Shown in pieces: positions 15,680 to 24,419 of a stretch of 38,815 bases of DNA. Source of the stretch: a virus; UHGV virus genome UHGV-0040013. One strand, written 5' to 3'. Numbering within the stretch: the stretch's first letter is position 1; the number at the start of each line of letters is the position of its first letter. Both the position numbers and the translations under genes were made by a program. The notes beneath the pieces were generated by a model. It ran no database searches. It saw nothing but the letters and a program-made list of their open reading frames with translations, and was not told the DNA's origin.

Positions 15680-15973
15680 ATGGATTACAAAAGCAAACGC
15701 TGGTTGCACCTGCGCGACGCGGTGCTCCGGCGTGACAAGTACCGATGCCGAGAGGCCGCAAGGTTCGGCAGGAACGAGCTGGCGACCGTTGCCCACCACG
15801 TCTACCCGGTGGAAGATTTCCCAGGCTGGCAATGGTGCGGCTGGAATCTGATCGCGGTGAGTCAGGCAGCGCACAACAGCTTCCATGACCGCGCGACCGG
15901 CAAGCTGACCGATCGCGGCCTCGCGTGGCAGCGGCGAGTGATCCCCCCTCCCGATGCGCCGCCACCATTCTGA
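15680..15973 (+). CDS. HNH endonuclease (phage packaging-associated)
   Basis: CREAARFGRNELATVAHHVYPVEDF...NLIAVSQAAHNSFH: HNH motif with flanking Cys/His; positioned immediately upstream of terminase as in cos-type HK97-like phages. Confidence 0.8.
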   Translation: MDYKSKRWLHLRDAVLRRDKYRCREAARFGRNELATVAHHVYPVEDFPGWQWCGWNLIAVSQAAHNSFHDRATGKLTDRGLAWQRRVIPPPDAPPPF

Positions 15974-16079
15974 CAAAAGCACCGGAGTGGGCCCCCTTTT
16001 CCGACGGCGGGAAAACGGGCGGAGGGGGTAAGCGAGGAGGCCCGAGGCGCGCGGGTGCGCGCGAAAAAAGAATCATGCG

Positions 16080-18365
16080 GTGCGGGCGCAAACGACGCGC
16101 CTGCGCGAAGTGCCGGAGGCTGTGCCAGGCGACAGCGACATTGGGAACGCCGCCATTGCCTTCTCAGATCCTCCTAACTGGGCCCGGAGCCGCCGGGCCT
16201 GGCAGAGTCTCCGGCATGTGGGAGGTGAGCACTTGGCCAGAGAGGACATGATCCGAAAGGACATGGAACTGGTCGGAACCTACAACGAGATATTCGAGCC
16301 GACGATCAAGCAGCTGGCCAAGACGGAACGCGAACTCTCCCGCGCAGAGAAAGAGTGGAAGAAGCAGGGCGGACAACGGATCTGCACCATGGTCAACAAG
16401 ACCGGTGCAGAGTACACGGCCAAAAGCCCATACTGGACGGCGGTCGAAGATCTGCGCGCGACGGTGCAGTCGCTCCGCAATCAGCTCGGTCTGACACCGA
16501 CGGGCCTGAATAAGGCCAGGTCGAAGCTCCAGCCGGCCGCGGCCGGAAACAGCAAGATCGAGCAGCTGCTCGCGGCGGCACACGACCACGCCGTTCAGCA
16601 GGGCGCACAGTATCAGCGAGACGTTGACACCTTTGTCGAGTCGGTGCTCTCTGGGGAGTCCGGGCTGTGCGAAGACGTTGTCCTGTCCTGCAAACGGTAT
16701 GTCGCGGATCTTGGTTCCGGCAAGTGGGATTTCCGCGCGGAGCCGGCCAACGACATCATCGCAATCATCGAGACGATGTTCTGCCACCAGCAGGGGGAAT
16801 TCCTCGATGCGACGCCGCTGCGCGGTACTCCCTTCCTGCTTCTCCCCTATCACAAGTTTATTGTCTACAACCTGATGGGTTTTTATCTACCGGATACAAA
16901 GATCCGGCGCTTCAAGGAAGCTGTGGACTTTATCCCCCGCAAAAACGTCAAGACGACCTTCGCGGCCTCTCTGGCCGGAGCGCTAGCCATGTATGAGCGT
17001 GCCTCCGGCTCTAAAGTCTATGAGGTTGGCGGCGCCTTGAAACAGGCGCTCGAAGGTTTTGACTTTCTCAAATACAACTTCAACCGCCTCGGCGTAACAG
17101 TCCGGGACGATCCAAACCAGGGGCTGCGTATCATCGACAACAACATGGAGCGGTCCATTTCCGGTGACATTGGTGACGGCATGATCTCGATCAACGCCCT
17201 TGCCGCGAACCCCGACAAGCAGGACTCCTTCAACTGCAACATCGTCATCGCCGACGAAGCTCACACCTACAAGAGTCCACAACAGTACCAGATTCTGAAG
17301 GACGCGACCAAGGCTTACACCAACAAATTGGTCATCATCATCTCCTCCAACGGCCCCAATGCCCGCGGCTTTTTGCTCGGCCACTTGGACTATTGCCGGA
17401 AGATCTTGCGCGGGACCGTCACCGGCAACGCGGCAGACAGCATCTTCTGCTTCCTCTGCTCCGCGCCGACACTGGAAAACGGCGACGTTGACCTGCATGA
17501 TCCGGCTGTGCTGAAAGCAGCCTCGCCGGGCTGGGGCTACTCCATCCGCCCGCAGGACATGATCAACGACGCAGCCATGGCCGCCGAAAACCCGGCGCTC
17601 CGGCCAGAGTTCCTCAATAAATCGCTGAACGTCACAACGAACGCGATCAAGGCATGGTTTGACATTCAAGAGTTCCGCAAGAGCGACGAACGATACAGTT
17701 GGAGCTATCGGCAGCTTGCGAAACTGCCCATCCGCTGGTACGGCGGCACGGACCTTTCGAAGCTGCATGACCTGACGGCCGGCTGCCTCTTCGGCCACTA
17801 CAAAGGCGTAGACATCATCATTCCGCACGCATGGTTTCCACGGCCGGCCGCCATCGTCAAGGCGCAGCAGGATCAAATTCCACTGTTCGGCTGGCAAGAG
17901 GATGGCTGGCTGGACATGACCAACGACAAGGTCACAAATCACCATGATGTGGTGCAATGGTACAAAAAACTGCGCGCCGATGGGTTTAAGATCCGCCGCA
18001 TCGGCCACGACCGGAAATTCTGCCGCGAGTATTTCGTGGAGATGCAGAAGGAACGCTTCCCAATCAAGGATCAGCCGCAGCTGTTCACACGGAAGTCCGA
18101 GGGTTTTCGCTATCTGGAGGCCAGCGCCAAGAAAGGAACGCTCTACTACATGCACGCGGAGCCGTACGAATACTGCGTACAGAACGTTGCCGGCATTGAG
18201 AAGGCTGACGACATGGTCATGTATCAAAAAATCGAGCCAAACCTCCGCATCGACCTTTTTGATGCCTCGGTGTTCGCGGTTTGCGCTTATCTCGAAGATC
18301 TGACCGCCAGCAATAAGGCGGCAGGCTGGTATGACAAGAAAGACAAGGACGGTGATGCAGATTGA
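16080..18365 (+). CDS. terminase: P27-family small-subunit-like N-terminal region (about 175 aa) fused in frame to terminase large subunit (ATPase + nuclease)
   Basis: N-terminal region ends with P27-TerS-like ...KSPYWTAVEDLRATVQSLRNQLGLTPTGLNKARSKL; continues without stop into TerL-like region (VLSCKRYVADL..., Walker-like, ...VIADEAHTY..., C-terminal nuclease ...FDASVF). Start (GTG 16080 or downstream ATG 16248) uncertain. Confidence 0.75.
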   Translation: MRAQTTRLREVPEAVPGDSDIGNAAIAFSDPPNWARSRRAWQSLRHVGGEHLAREDMIRKDMELVGTYNEIFEPTIKQLAKTERELSRAEKEWKKQGGQRICTMVNKTGAEYTAKSPYWTAVEDLRATVQSLRNQLGLTPTGLNKARSKLQPAAAGNSKIEQLLAAAHDHAVQQGAQYQRDVDTFVESVLSGESGLCEDVVLSCKRYVADLGSGKWDFRAEPANDIIAIIETMFCHQQGEFLDATPLRGTPFLLLPYHKFIVYNLMGFYLPDTKIRRFKEAVDFIPRKNVKTTFAASLAGALAMYERASGSKVYEVGGALKQALEGFDFLKYNFNRLGVTVRDDPNQGLRIIDNNMERSISGDIGDGMISINALAANPDKQDSFNCNIVIADEAHTYKSPQQYQILKDATKAYTNKLVIIISSNGPNARGFLLGHLDYCRKILRGTVTGNAADSIFCFLCSAPTLENGDVDLHDPAVLKAASPGWGYSIRPQDMINDAAMAAENPALRPEFLNKSLNVTTNAIKAWFDIQEFRKSDERYSWSYRQLAKLPIRWYGGTDLSKLHDLTAGCLFGHYKGVDIIIPHAWFPRPAAIVKAQQDQIPLFGWQEDGWLDMTNDKVTNHHDVVQWYKKLRADGFKIRRIGHDRKFCREYFVEMQKERFPIKDQPQLFTRKSEGFRYLEASAKKGTLYYMHAEPYEYCVQNVAGIEKADDMVMYQKIEPNLRIDLFDASVFAVCAYLEDLTASNKAAGWYDKKDKDGDAD

Positions 18366-19543
18366 GAGTGAAACCGCAGCGCAGAGGCGTGGACCCAGCG
18401 CTGCAAAAATGGATGATCGGCGCGATCGACGCTGATACGTTGGCCGTTCCCGGTTATACCCGGTTAATTGACAGTCCGGATGTGCTTGCCGCCATCGGCG
18501 GCCTCGCTGATATTATCTCAAACGCTACGATCCAGCTCATGCGGAACACCGATGACGGCGACGTCCGCGTTCGCAATCAGCTGGCGCGCTTCATGGACAT
18601 TTCCCCGTGGCGGCACGGGACGCGCAAGGATCTGATCTCCTGGATCGTCTGGACGATGCTGACGACCTCGACCGGAAGTGCCTTTCTCCTGCCGCACACG
18701 GAGCGTGGCCTCCTGAGCGAGCTGGAGCCGATGCCAGGCGCGTATGCGCTGAGCGACGATAACGGCCTGACCTACTATGTCATGTGGCAGGGACGGCGCT
18801 ATGCGGCCGACAGCGTACTCCATTTCAAACGCTGGCCCGACCCGGCACAGCCCTGGCAGGGAATCGGCCTGCGGATCAGTCTCCGGGATGTGACCGCGAA
18901 TCTCCGGCAGGCGGCCGCCACGAAAAAGGGCTTTATGTCCGACAAGTGGAAGCCGAGCGTGATCGTCAAGGTGGATGCGCTGGCCGATGAATTTGCCGAT
19001 GAGGCGGGACGCAAGCGGCTGGTCGATCAGTATATGTCCGGTAGCTCCGCGGGCGAGCCGTGGGTGATCCCGGCAGAGCTGATGGAGGTGCAGCAGGTCA
19101 AGCCCCTGAGCTTGACGGATCTCGCCATCAAGGACAGCGTGGAACTGGACAAACGCGAGGTTGCTTCCTTGGTCGGTGTGACGCCGTATATGGTTGGCGT
19201 CGGCAGTTATTCCGATGCGGAGCACAACCACATGATCCGCACCACGGCAGTCACGATCTCCAACATCATCTGCCAGGAACTGACGCGAAAACTGCTGATC
19301 TCCGAGGAGATGTATTTCCAGATGTCCACACGCCGGCTTTACAGCTACACGCTGCAGGAGCTGGCCAACGTGGCCGACGATCAGTACATCCGCGGCCTGA
19401 TGGACGGCAACGAGGCCCGCGATTGGCTCGGCCTCAGCCCGCGCAAGGGCCTGAACGAGCTGGTCATTCTCGAAAACTACATCCCTCGCGGTATGATCGG
19501 CAACCAGAAAAAACTAGAAGGAGGCGACGGCAATGCCGAATGA
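18362..19543 (+). CDS. portal protein, HK97 family
   Basis: 393 aa immediately after terminase; overall HK97-portal-like composition; TTG 18362 or GTG 18368 start. Confidence 0.85.
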   Translation: MRVKPQRRGVDPALQKWMIGAIDADTLAVPGYTRLIDSPDVLAAIGGLADIISNATIQLMRNTDDGDVRVRNQLARFMDISPWRHGTRKDLISWIVWTMLTTSTGSAFLLPHTERGLLSELEPMPGAYALSDDNGLTYYVMWQGRRYAADSVLHFKRWPDPAQPWQGIGLRISLRDVTANLRQAAATKKGFMSDKWKPSVIVKVDALADEFADEAGRKRLVDQYMSGSSAGEPWVIPAELMEVQQVKPLSLTDLAIKDSVELDKREVASLVGVTPYMVGVGSYSDAEHNHMIRTTAVTISNIICQELTRKLLISEEMYFQMSTRRLYSYTLQELANVADDQYIRGLMDGNEARDWLGLSPRKGLNELVILENYIPRGMIGNQKKLEGGDGNAE

Positions 19544-20117
19544 ACGCCAGCAGCGGCAGGTGCGCTGCGTAGCCCAGCAGTTCCAGACGCGCTCGGCCAA
19601 CGATGACTTGTTCATCGAAGGTTATTTCTCCGTCTTCAACAGCGAATACCCGCTTTGGGAAGGCGCGAGCGAGATCGTAAAGCCGGGCGCTTTTACCAAT
19701 TCCGTCTCCGGAGATGTCCGGGCACTCATCAACCACGATTCCAGTCTTGTGCTCGGCCGGACGAAGGCCGGCACGCTGACGCTGCGGCAGGATGAGCGGG
19801 GCCTCTGGGGCAGCATCAGAATCAATCGAGACGACGTTGACGCCATGAACCTCTACGCCCGCGTCCAGCGGGGTGACGTTGACCAGTGCTCGTTTGGATT
19901 TGACATCAAACGCGAAACCTTTGTGGATCTCGGCGACGGAAAATGCCGCTGGGAAATCGAAGAGGTCGATCCTCTCTACGAGGTGTCTGTCTGTACGTTT
20001 CCGGCCTACACGGAAACGTCCGTCAGCGCCCGCAAGCAGGATCTGGCCGAAATTGAAAAACGCCGCGCCGAGGCCTGGCGCAGCAACATGAAAAAGAAAC
20101 TGGGAGGTACACAGTAA
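19533..20117 (+). CDS. prohead (head maturation) protease, HK97 family
   Basis: GAAGGAGG SD; 194 aa; position portal-protease-capsid; conserved ...GYFSVFNSE...LINHD...GRT... region. Confidence 0.85.
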   Translation: MPNERQQRQVRCVAQQFQTRSANDDLFIEGYFSVFNSEYPLWEGASEIVKPGAFTNSVSGDVRALINHDSSLVLGRTKAGTLTLRQDERGLWGSIRINRDDVDAMNLYARVQRGDVDQCSFGFDIKRETFVDLGDGKCRWEIEEVDPLYEVSVCTFPAYTETSVSARKQDLAEIEKRRAEAWRSNMKKKLGGTQ

Positions 20118-21806
20118 ATGGCATTAAAAGTTTTGCTGCTGCGGAGCCGTCTTGCACCGCTGCAGACTGAGCTTCAGACGCTCGAAACCACGCGCGATGG
20201 CTTCGCGGCCCGCGAAGCGGAGCTGGAGCATGACATCGCCGAGGCGCAGACCGATGAGGAGCGCAGCGTCGTTGAGGCCGCTGTGAATGCTTTTGAGCAG
20301 GAGCGCAGCGCGAACGCAGCGGACATCACCCGTGTGCAGGAACGGATCAACGAGATCAACGAAGAGATCCGCAGTCTGGAAGAAGCGCAGACGCCGCCCG
20401 CATCTGATCCCCCGGCGGCAGAGCCGACCGGAACCACCAACACCGAAAGGAGTAATCATTCCATGCCTATCAACAACCCGGAGCGCCGTTGGTTCGGCCT
20501 CACCTATCAGGAGCGCGACGCGCTGCTGGCGCAGCCCGCCGTCAAAGAATTCCTGCAGCGCGTCCGCGAGGCGCGCAGTCAGCAGCGCAGCGTAAACGGC
20601 GGCGAACTCGGCATTCCTGATGGTTTCCTGCCGATCCTGCGCGATCTGACCTATCAGGAATCCAAGTTCCTGCGCTACTGCTTCACCACGAGCTTCCGCG
20701 GCACCACGCGCCAGAACGTTGCCGGTGTTGCGCCGGAGGCCATCTGGACCGAAATGACCGACGCGCTCAATGAGCTCGACATTGACTTCTGGCAGCTGAC
20801 GATGGACGGCTACATGGTCGGCGGCTATATGGCTGTCCCGAACTCCCTGCTGATGGATGACAGCGACCTGCAGCTCGCCTCGACCATCCTTCAGGCACTC
20901 GCATCCTCGCTCGCAAAAGCGATCGATAAGTCCATCTGGTTCGGCACCGGCGAAAAGATGCCCGTTGGCATCCTGACCCGTCTGGCCGCAACCGCGAAGC
21001 CCGCATGGTGGGGCGCGCAGCAGGGCGATTTTACCGACCTGCATACCAGCCACATTCTGAAACTCGACCTCTCCGCCAAGACCGGCGTCGAGTTCTTCCA
21101 GCCGCTGGTCTTGGCGCTGGCTGTGGCCAAGCCGGACTACTCCAACGGAACGGTCGTCTGGACGATGAACCGCAAAACCCATCTTGATCTGATGTCCCGT
21201 GCGCTGGCCTACAACTCCGCAGCGGCCATGGTTGCAGGCGTCAACAACACTATGCCTGTCGTCGGTGGTGAGATTGTTGAATGGGAAGTCATGCCGGACA
21301 ACGAGATCGCAGGCGGCTTTATGAGCCTTTATCGCTCGGTCGAGCGCGAGGGCACGCTGATCGAATCCAACACCAATGTACGGTGGCTTCAGAATCAGAC
21401 CTGTTTTAAGGGTCTCCAGCGCCGCGACGGCAAGCCTGCCATCGGCGAAGCGTTTGTGGTTGTAAACTACGGTAACGCAACCCCGGCCACGACTACGACT
21501 TTCGGCAAGGACCTTGCTAACACTGCAATCGGCACTCTAATCGTGACGACGGCAGCCGGCACCGGCGCGTCCGGCGACAGCACCGTGACGGTGGCCGGCA
21601 ACGGCTCCGGCACGCTGAAGTATCAGGTCGGCGGTCAGGCCGTGCCTGTAGCGAACGGCGAGACCGTCGATAAGAGCTGGACAGATCTGCCCGCAAATAA
21701 GACCATCAAGAGCGCCACGACCGGCGCGACCATCACCGTCGTTGAGGTCAACGCGGACGGCAAGGCCGTGGCCGTTGGCTCCGGCAGCGTGACCGCCAAG
21801 GCGTAA
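20118..21806 (+). CDS. major capsid protein, HK97 fold, with N-terminal coiled-coil scaffolding (delta) domain and C-terminal Thr/Gly-rich extension
   Basis: 562 aa; N-terminal about 110 aa coiled coil (ELEHDIAEAQTDEERS...), central HK97-like core, C-terminal TT/GT-rich Ig-like tail. Confidence 0.85.
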   Translation: MALKVLLLRSRLAPLQTELQTLETTRDGFAAREAELEHDIAEAQTDEERSVVEAAVNAFEQERSANAADITRVQERINEINEEIRSLEEAQTPPASDPPAAEPTGTTNTERSNHSMPINNPERRWFGLTYQERDALLAQPAVKEFLQRVREARSQQRSVNGGELGIPDGFLPILRDLTYQESKFLRYCFTTSFRGTTRQNVAGVAPEAIWTEMTDALNELDIDFWQLTMDGYMVGGYMAVPNSLLMDDSDLQLASTILQALASSLAKAIDKSIWFGTGEKMPVGILTRLAATAKPAWWGAQQGDFTDLHTSHILKLDLSAKTGVEFFQPLVLALAVAKPDYSNGTVVWTMNRKTHLDLMSRALAYNSAAAMVAGVNNTMPVVGGEIVEWEVMPDNEIAGGFMSLYRSVEREGTLIESNTNVRWLQNQTCFKGLQRRDGKPAIGEAFVVVNYGNATPATTTTFGKDLANTAIGTLIVTTAAGTGASGDSTVTVAGNGSGTLKYQVGGQAVPVANGETVDKSWTDLPANKTIKSATTGATITVVEVNADGKAVAVGSGSVTAKA

Positions 21807-21822
21807 GAGAGGGGGCTGTGGA

Positions 21823-22113
21823 ATGTCAGCAGACCTGCGTCTAACTTACATGAAGGTTGATCTTGGCATTTTGTCGTGCGCTGATCAACAGGAGCTTTAT
21901 ATGCGCGGTCTGCTGACCACAGCCGAATCCTTTGTCCGCCGGCGCGGCATCACGCTGGCGGACGACAGCGACGAGGATGACATGCTGGTCGGCTCCGTGG
22001 CCGCGTGGATGTATCGTGCCCGCGGCAACACCGAGCGAGCGGCACTCCCCCGGAATCTTGACATCATGATCAAGGACCGGCTGTGCCACGAGAAAATGAG
22101 GGACGGCGGATGA
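21823..22113 (+). CDS. head-tail connector (gp6-like) protein
   Basis: 96 aa directly after capsid gene; synteny. Confidence 0.6.
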   Translation: MSADLRLTYMKVDLGILSCADQQELYMRGLLTTAESFVRRRGITLADDSDEDDMLVGSVAAWMYRARGNTERAALPRNLDIMIKDRLCHEKMRDGG

Positions 22114-22451
22114 TCTACGACAAGATTTTGACGATCTATACGCTGCTCCCTGGTCGGTCTCCTGCCGTGCGCAAGCTCAAGGCCGTCAGACAGCACTTTT
22201 ACTGCGAGCGCACGGTGTACGCCTCCCGGTTTTACGCCGGGAAGCAGGCCGGGCAGAAGCTCGTGCGGATGGTGTCCATGCCGCGCAGCGTCTTTGATGC
22301 ACCGATCGAAGCAGACCAATACTGCACGCTGGAGGATGGACACGTCTATCGCATCGACCAGGCGCAGCGCGAACAGGACGCCGACGGCCTCGACATCAAC
22401 ACGTTAAGCCTTGCAGAACCGGAGGGAAAGTATGAGCTGTACAAAGATTGA
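22110..22451 (+). CDS. head closure / head-tail adaptor protein
   Basis: ATGA overlap; 113 aa; synteny. Confidence 0.55.
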   Translation: MIYDKILTIYTLLPGRSPAVRKLKAVRQHFYCERTVYASRFYAGKQAGQKLVRMVSMPRSVFDAPIEADQYCTLEDGHVYRIDQAQREQDADGLDINTLSLAEPEGKYELYKD

Positions 22452-22767
22452 AAACGCGCTCAAGACCGTACTGCCGGACGCGGTCTACAAGGTGCAAGCC
22501 CCGGAGACAACGGACGACGGTGAGCCGCTGCTCCGCTATCTTGTCTGGACGCCGACCGGCGACCGCTACGCCTACGCCAACAGCCGCCCCTTTGCCACGA
22601 TCTATCAGGCCGTTGTGACCGTGGCCACGCAAACCGAAGATGATACGCTCCCCGCCGAAGTCGTCAAGGCTTTGGCGGATGCGCATATCGCGATGCAGAT
22701 GCCGGAGCACTCCTACGACGTCGAGACAGCCACCTACTATACGGACATTCCCTGTGAGGTGATCTGA
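22432..22767 (+). CDS. hypothetical structural protein (tail completion-like)
   Basis: GGAGGGAAAG SD; synteny only. Confidence 0.5.
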   Translation: MSCTKIENALKTVLPDAVYKVQAPETTDDGEPLLRYLVWTPTGDRYAYANSRPFATIYQAVVTVATQTEDDTLPAEVVKALADAHIAMQMPEHSYDVETATYYTDIPCEVI

Positions 22768-23207
22768 TGGCGCAGATGGAGACCGACGGCATTGAAGAGG
22801 CCATCCGGCAGCTGAATAAGGCCGATCTATTTACCGACGAGAACGTGAAGCGGATGCTGACAGCCGGCTCCGAGGTCATGCTGTCCTCTGTAAAATCCGC
22901 CTTCGTGGAGTCCGGACATAACAGCCCCGGCCGACAGCGGCGCACCGGCGAGACGCTGCGGCATATCACAAAAGCCCGCGTCGTCCGGAAGGACAAAAAC
23001 GGCGTCCCGTATATGTTCGTCACGATCCACGGGAAGGACAAACGTGGGCAGCGGTACGGCACAAAGGGTTTTGTGCTGAACTACGGCCGGCGAACCGGCG
23101 GCAAGATCCCGGCAGACTATTACTGGTCGACCGCGGTACACAACACCTGGCAGCAGGCCAACGACAAAATGTCCGACGTCGCTGCCGACATTCTGAAAGG
23201 AGAATGA
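22767..23207 (+). CDS. HK97 gp10-family neck/tail-terminator protein
   Basis: 146 aa; position before major tail gene; family call from memory. Confidence 0.55.
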   Translation: MAQMETDGIEEAIRQLNKADLFTDENVKRMLTAGSEVMLSSVKSAFVESGHNSPGRQRRTGETLRHITKARVVRKDKNGVPYMFVTIHGKDKRGQRYGTKGFVLNYGRRTGGKIPADYYWSTAVHNTWQQANDKMSDVAADILKGE

Positions 23208-23208
23208 C

Positions 23209-23820
23209 ATGCCTGAATTTGATCTTCGCGGCATGAAGGTCGCGAAATACAATTACGACAAAACGCAGAAGAAAATCAGCTATGACACGCCGATGTCCAT
23301 GGGCGACGCAATGACGGCCAACCTCGAACTCAAGTTCGCGGAGGGGCGTCTCTATGCCGAGTCCGCGCTGGCCGAGTACATGAAGAAGGTCACGGGCCTG
23401 ACGGTCAGCCAGGGCGTGAAGTACATCCCGGATGAGACGCAGAAGCTGCTCTTCAAGGCGTATGAGCTGAGCCGTTCGGTCGGTTCCGGCTCGCCCAAGA
23501 CCGTGAAGAGCATGGCCTACGGCAAGACCTCGACCGGTCAGTACGTCGGCAGCGGATTCTATGCGCCGGATATGATCGACGGCGTGGAGAAGTTCACGGC
23601 CATCTTCGTCCACAAGACGCTGTTCGGCCCGCCCAGCAAGACGCTCCAGACCATGGGCGAGCAGATCAACTTCCAGACGCCGACGACCTCCGGCGAAGCG
23701 CTGGTCGATGATACAGGCCACTTGATGGAGTGGAAATCGTTTGACACCGAGGCCGAGGCCATTGCATGGCTCGACGCCTGCTTCACGACGGAACCGACCG
23801 TCGTCACGGAGGGAGGATAA
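23209..23820 (+). CDS. major tail protein
   Basis: 203 aa directly upstream of chaperone-frameshift pair and tape measure; AAAGGAGAATGACATG context. Confidence 0.7.
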   Translation: MPEFDLRGMKVAKYNYDKTQKKISYDTPMSMGDAMTANLELKFAEGRLYAESALAEYMKKVTGLTVSQGVKYIPDETQKLLFKAYELSRSVGSGSPKTVKSMAYGKTSTGQYVGSGFYAPDMIDGVEKFTAIFVHKTLFGPPSKTLQTMGEQINFQTPTTSGEALVDDTGHLMEWKSFDTEAEAIAWLDACFTTEPTVVTEGG

Positions 23821-23823
23821 ACC

Positions 23824-24201
23824 ATGGATCTCCGTTTGAAAACGCTGCCGTTTGAGTATGGCGGCCACACGCTCCAGCTCTGCTGCAATTTCAACGTGCT
23901 GGCAGATCTTCAGGCGGCCGGCGAACTGGATGAGATGCTTGATGAGAAGCGTTCCTTCCGGAATTTCGCGCGGCTGCTCGCGGCGCTGGTCAACGAGGCC
24001 GCGAACGCTGCCGGGCTGGATCTCTCCGTCACGGATCGCGAGATCGGCCGTGCGGTGAGCTGGAAGGAGTTCCGCCGCATCCAGGGCGATGTGTTCGGCC
24101 TGCTGTTCGCAGCGGTCTTGGCTCCGGACGATGACGAGGCGGAGCCGACCGAAGAAGAAACAAAAAACGTGGCGACCAAGGAAGCGGCAGCGACGGCCTG
24201 A
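23824..24201 (+). CDS. tail assembly chaperone (gpG-like, zero-frame product)
   Basis: 125 aa acidic C-terminus; contains slippery heptamer A_AAA_AAC at 24162-24168 near its end. Confidence 0.75.
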   Translation: MDLRLKTLPFEYGGHTLQLCCNFNVLADLQAAGELDEMLDEKRSFRNFARLLAALVNEAANAAGLDLSVTDREIGRAVSWKEFRRIQGDVFGLLFAAVLAPDDDEAEPTEEETKNVATKEAAATA

Positions 24202-24419
24202 ACTTTGCTTGGTACCTGAATATCTGGATCAATGTCCTGCATAACGACGAGGCCGTTTTCTGGCGGACAATGACGCCGGCGCGGTGCGTAGCGCTTTACC
24301 GTGAGTTTTTTAGGCTCATGGGCGCACCGGGCCGGCGTGTCGCTTCTGAGTCTCCTGCGGAGCCGGAGAAGCCCGCCCGCTTGTCGTTGTCGGCATATCT
24401 GATGGGAGGTGGCGGTTGA
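23824..24419 (+). CDS. tail assembly chaperone -1 frameshift product (gpGT-like); slip at A_AAA_AAC 24162-24168, extension in -1 frame ending TGA 24417-24419
   Basis: -1 frame after the heptamer is open for 83 codons (KKRGDQGSGSDGLNFAWYLNIWINVLHNDEAVFWRTMTPARCVALYREFF...) and stops exactly at the tape-measure start. Confidence 0.55.

Noticed and set aside
16983-18227. 414-aa minus-strand ORF inside the terminase gene
   Set aside because: Antisense to TerL with conserved motifs on the plus strand; no start signals.
20124-21182. 352-aa minus-strand ORF antisense to the major capsid gene
   Set aside because: High-GC antisense artefact.
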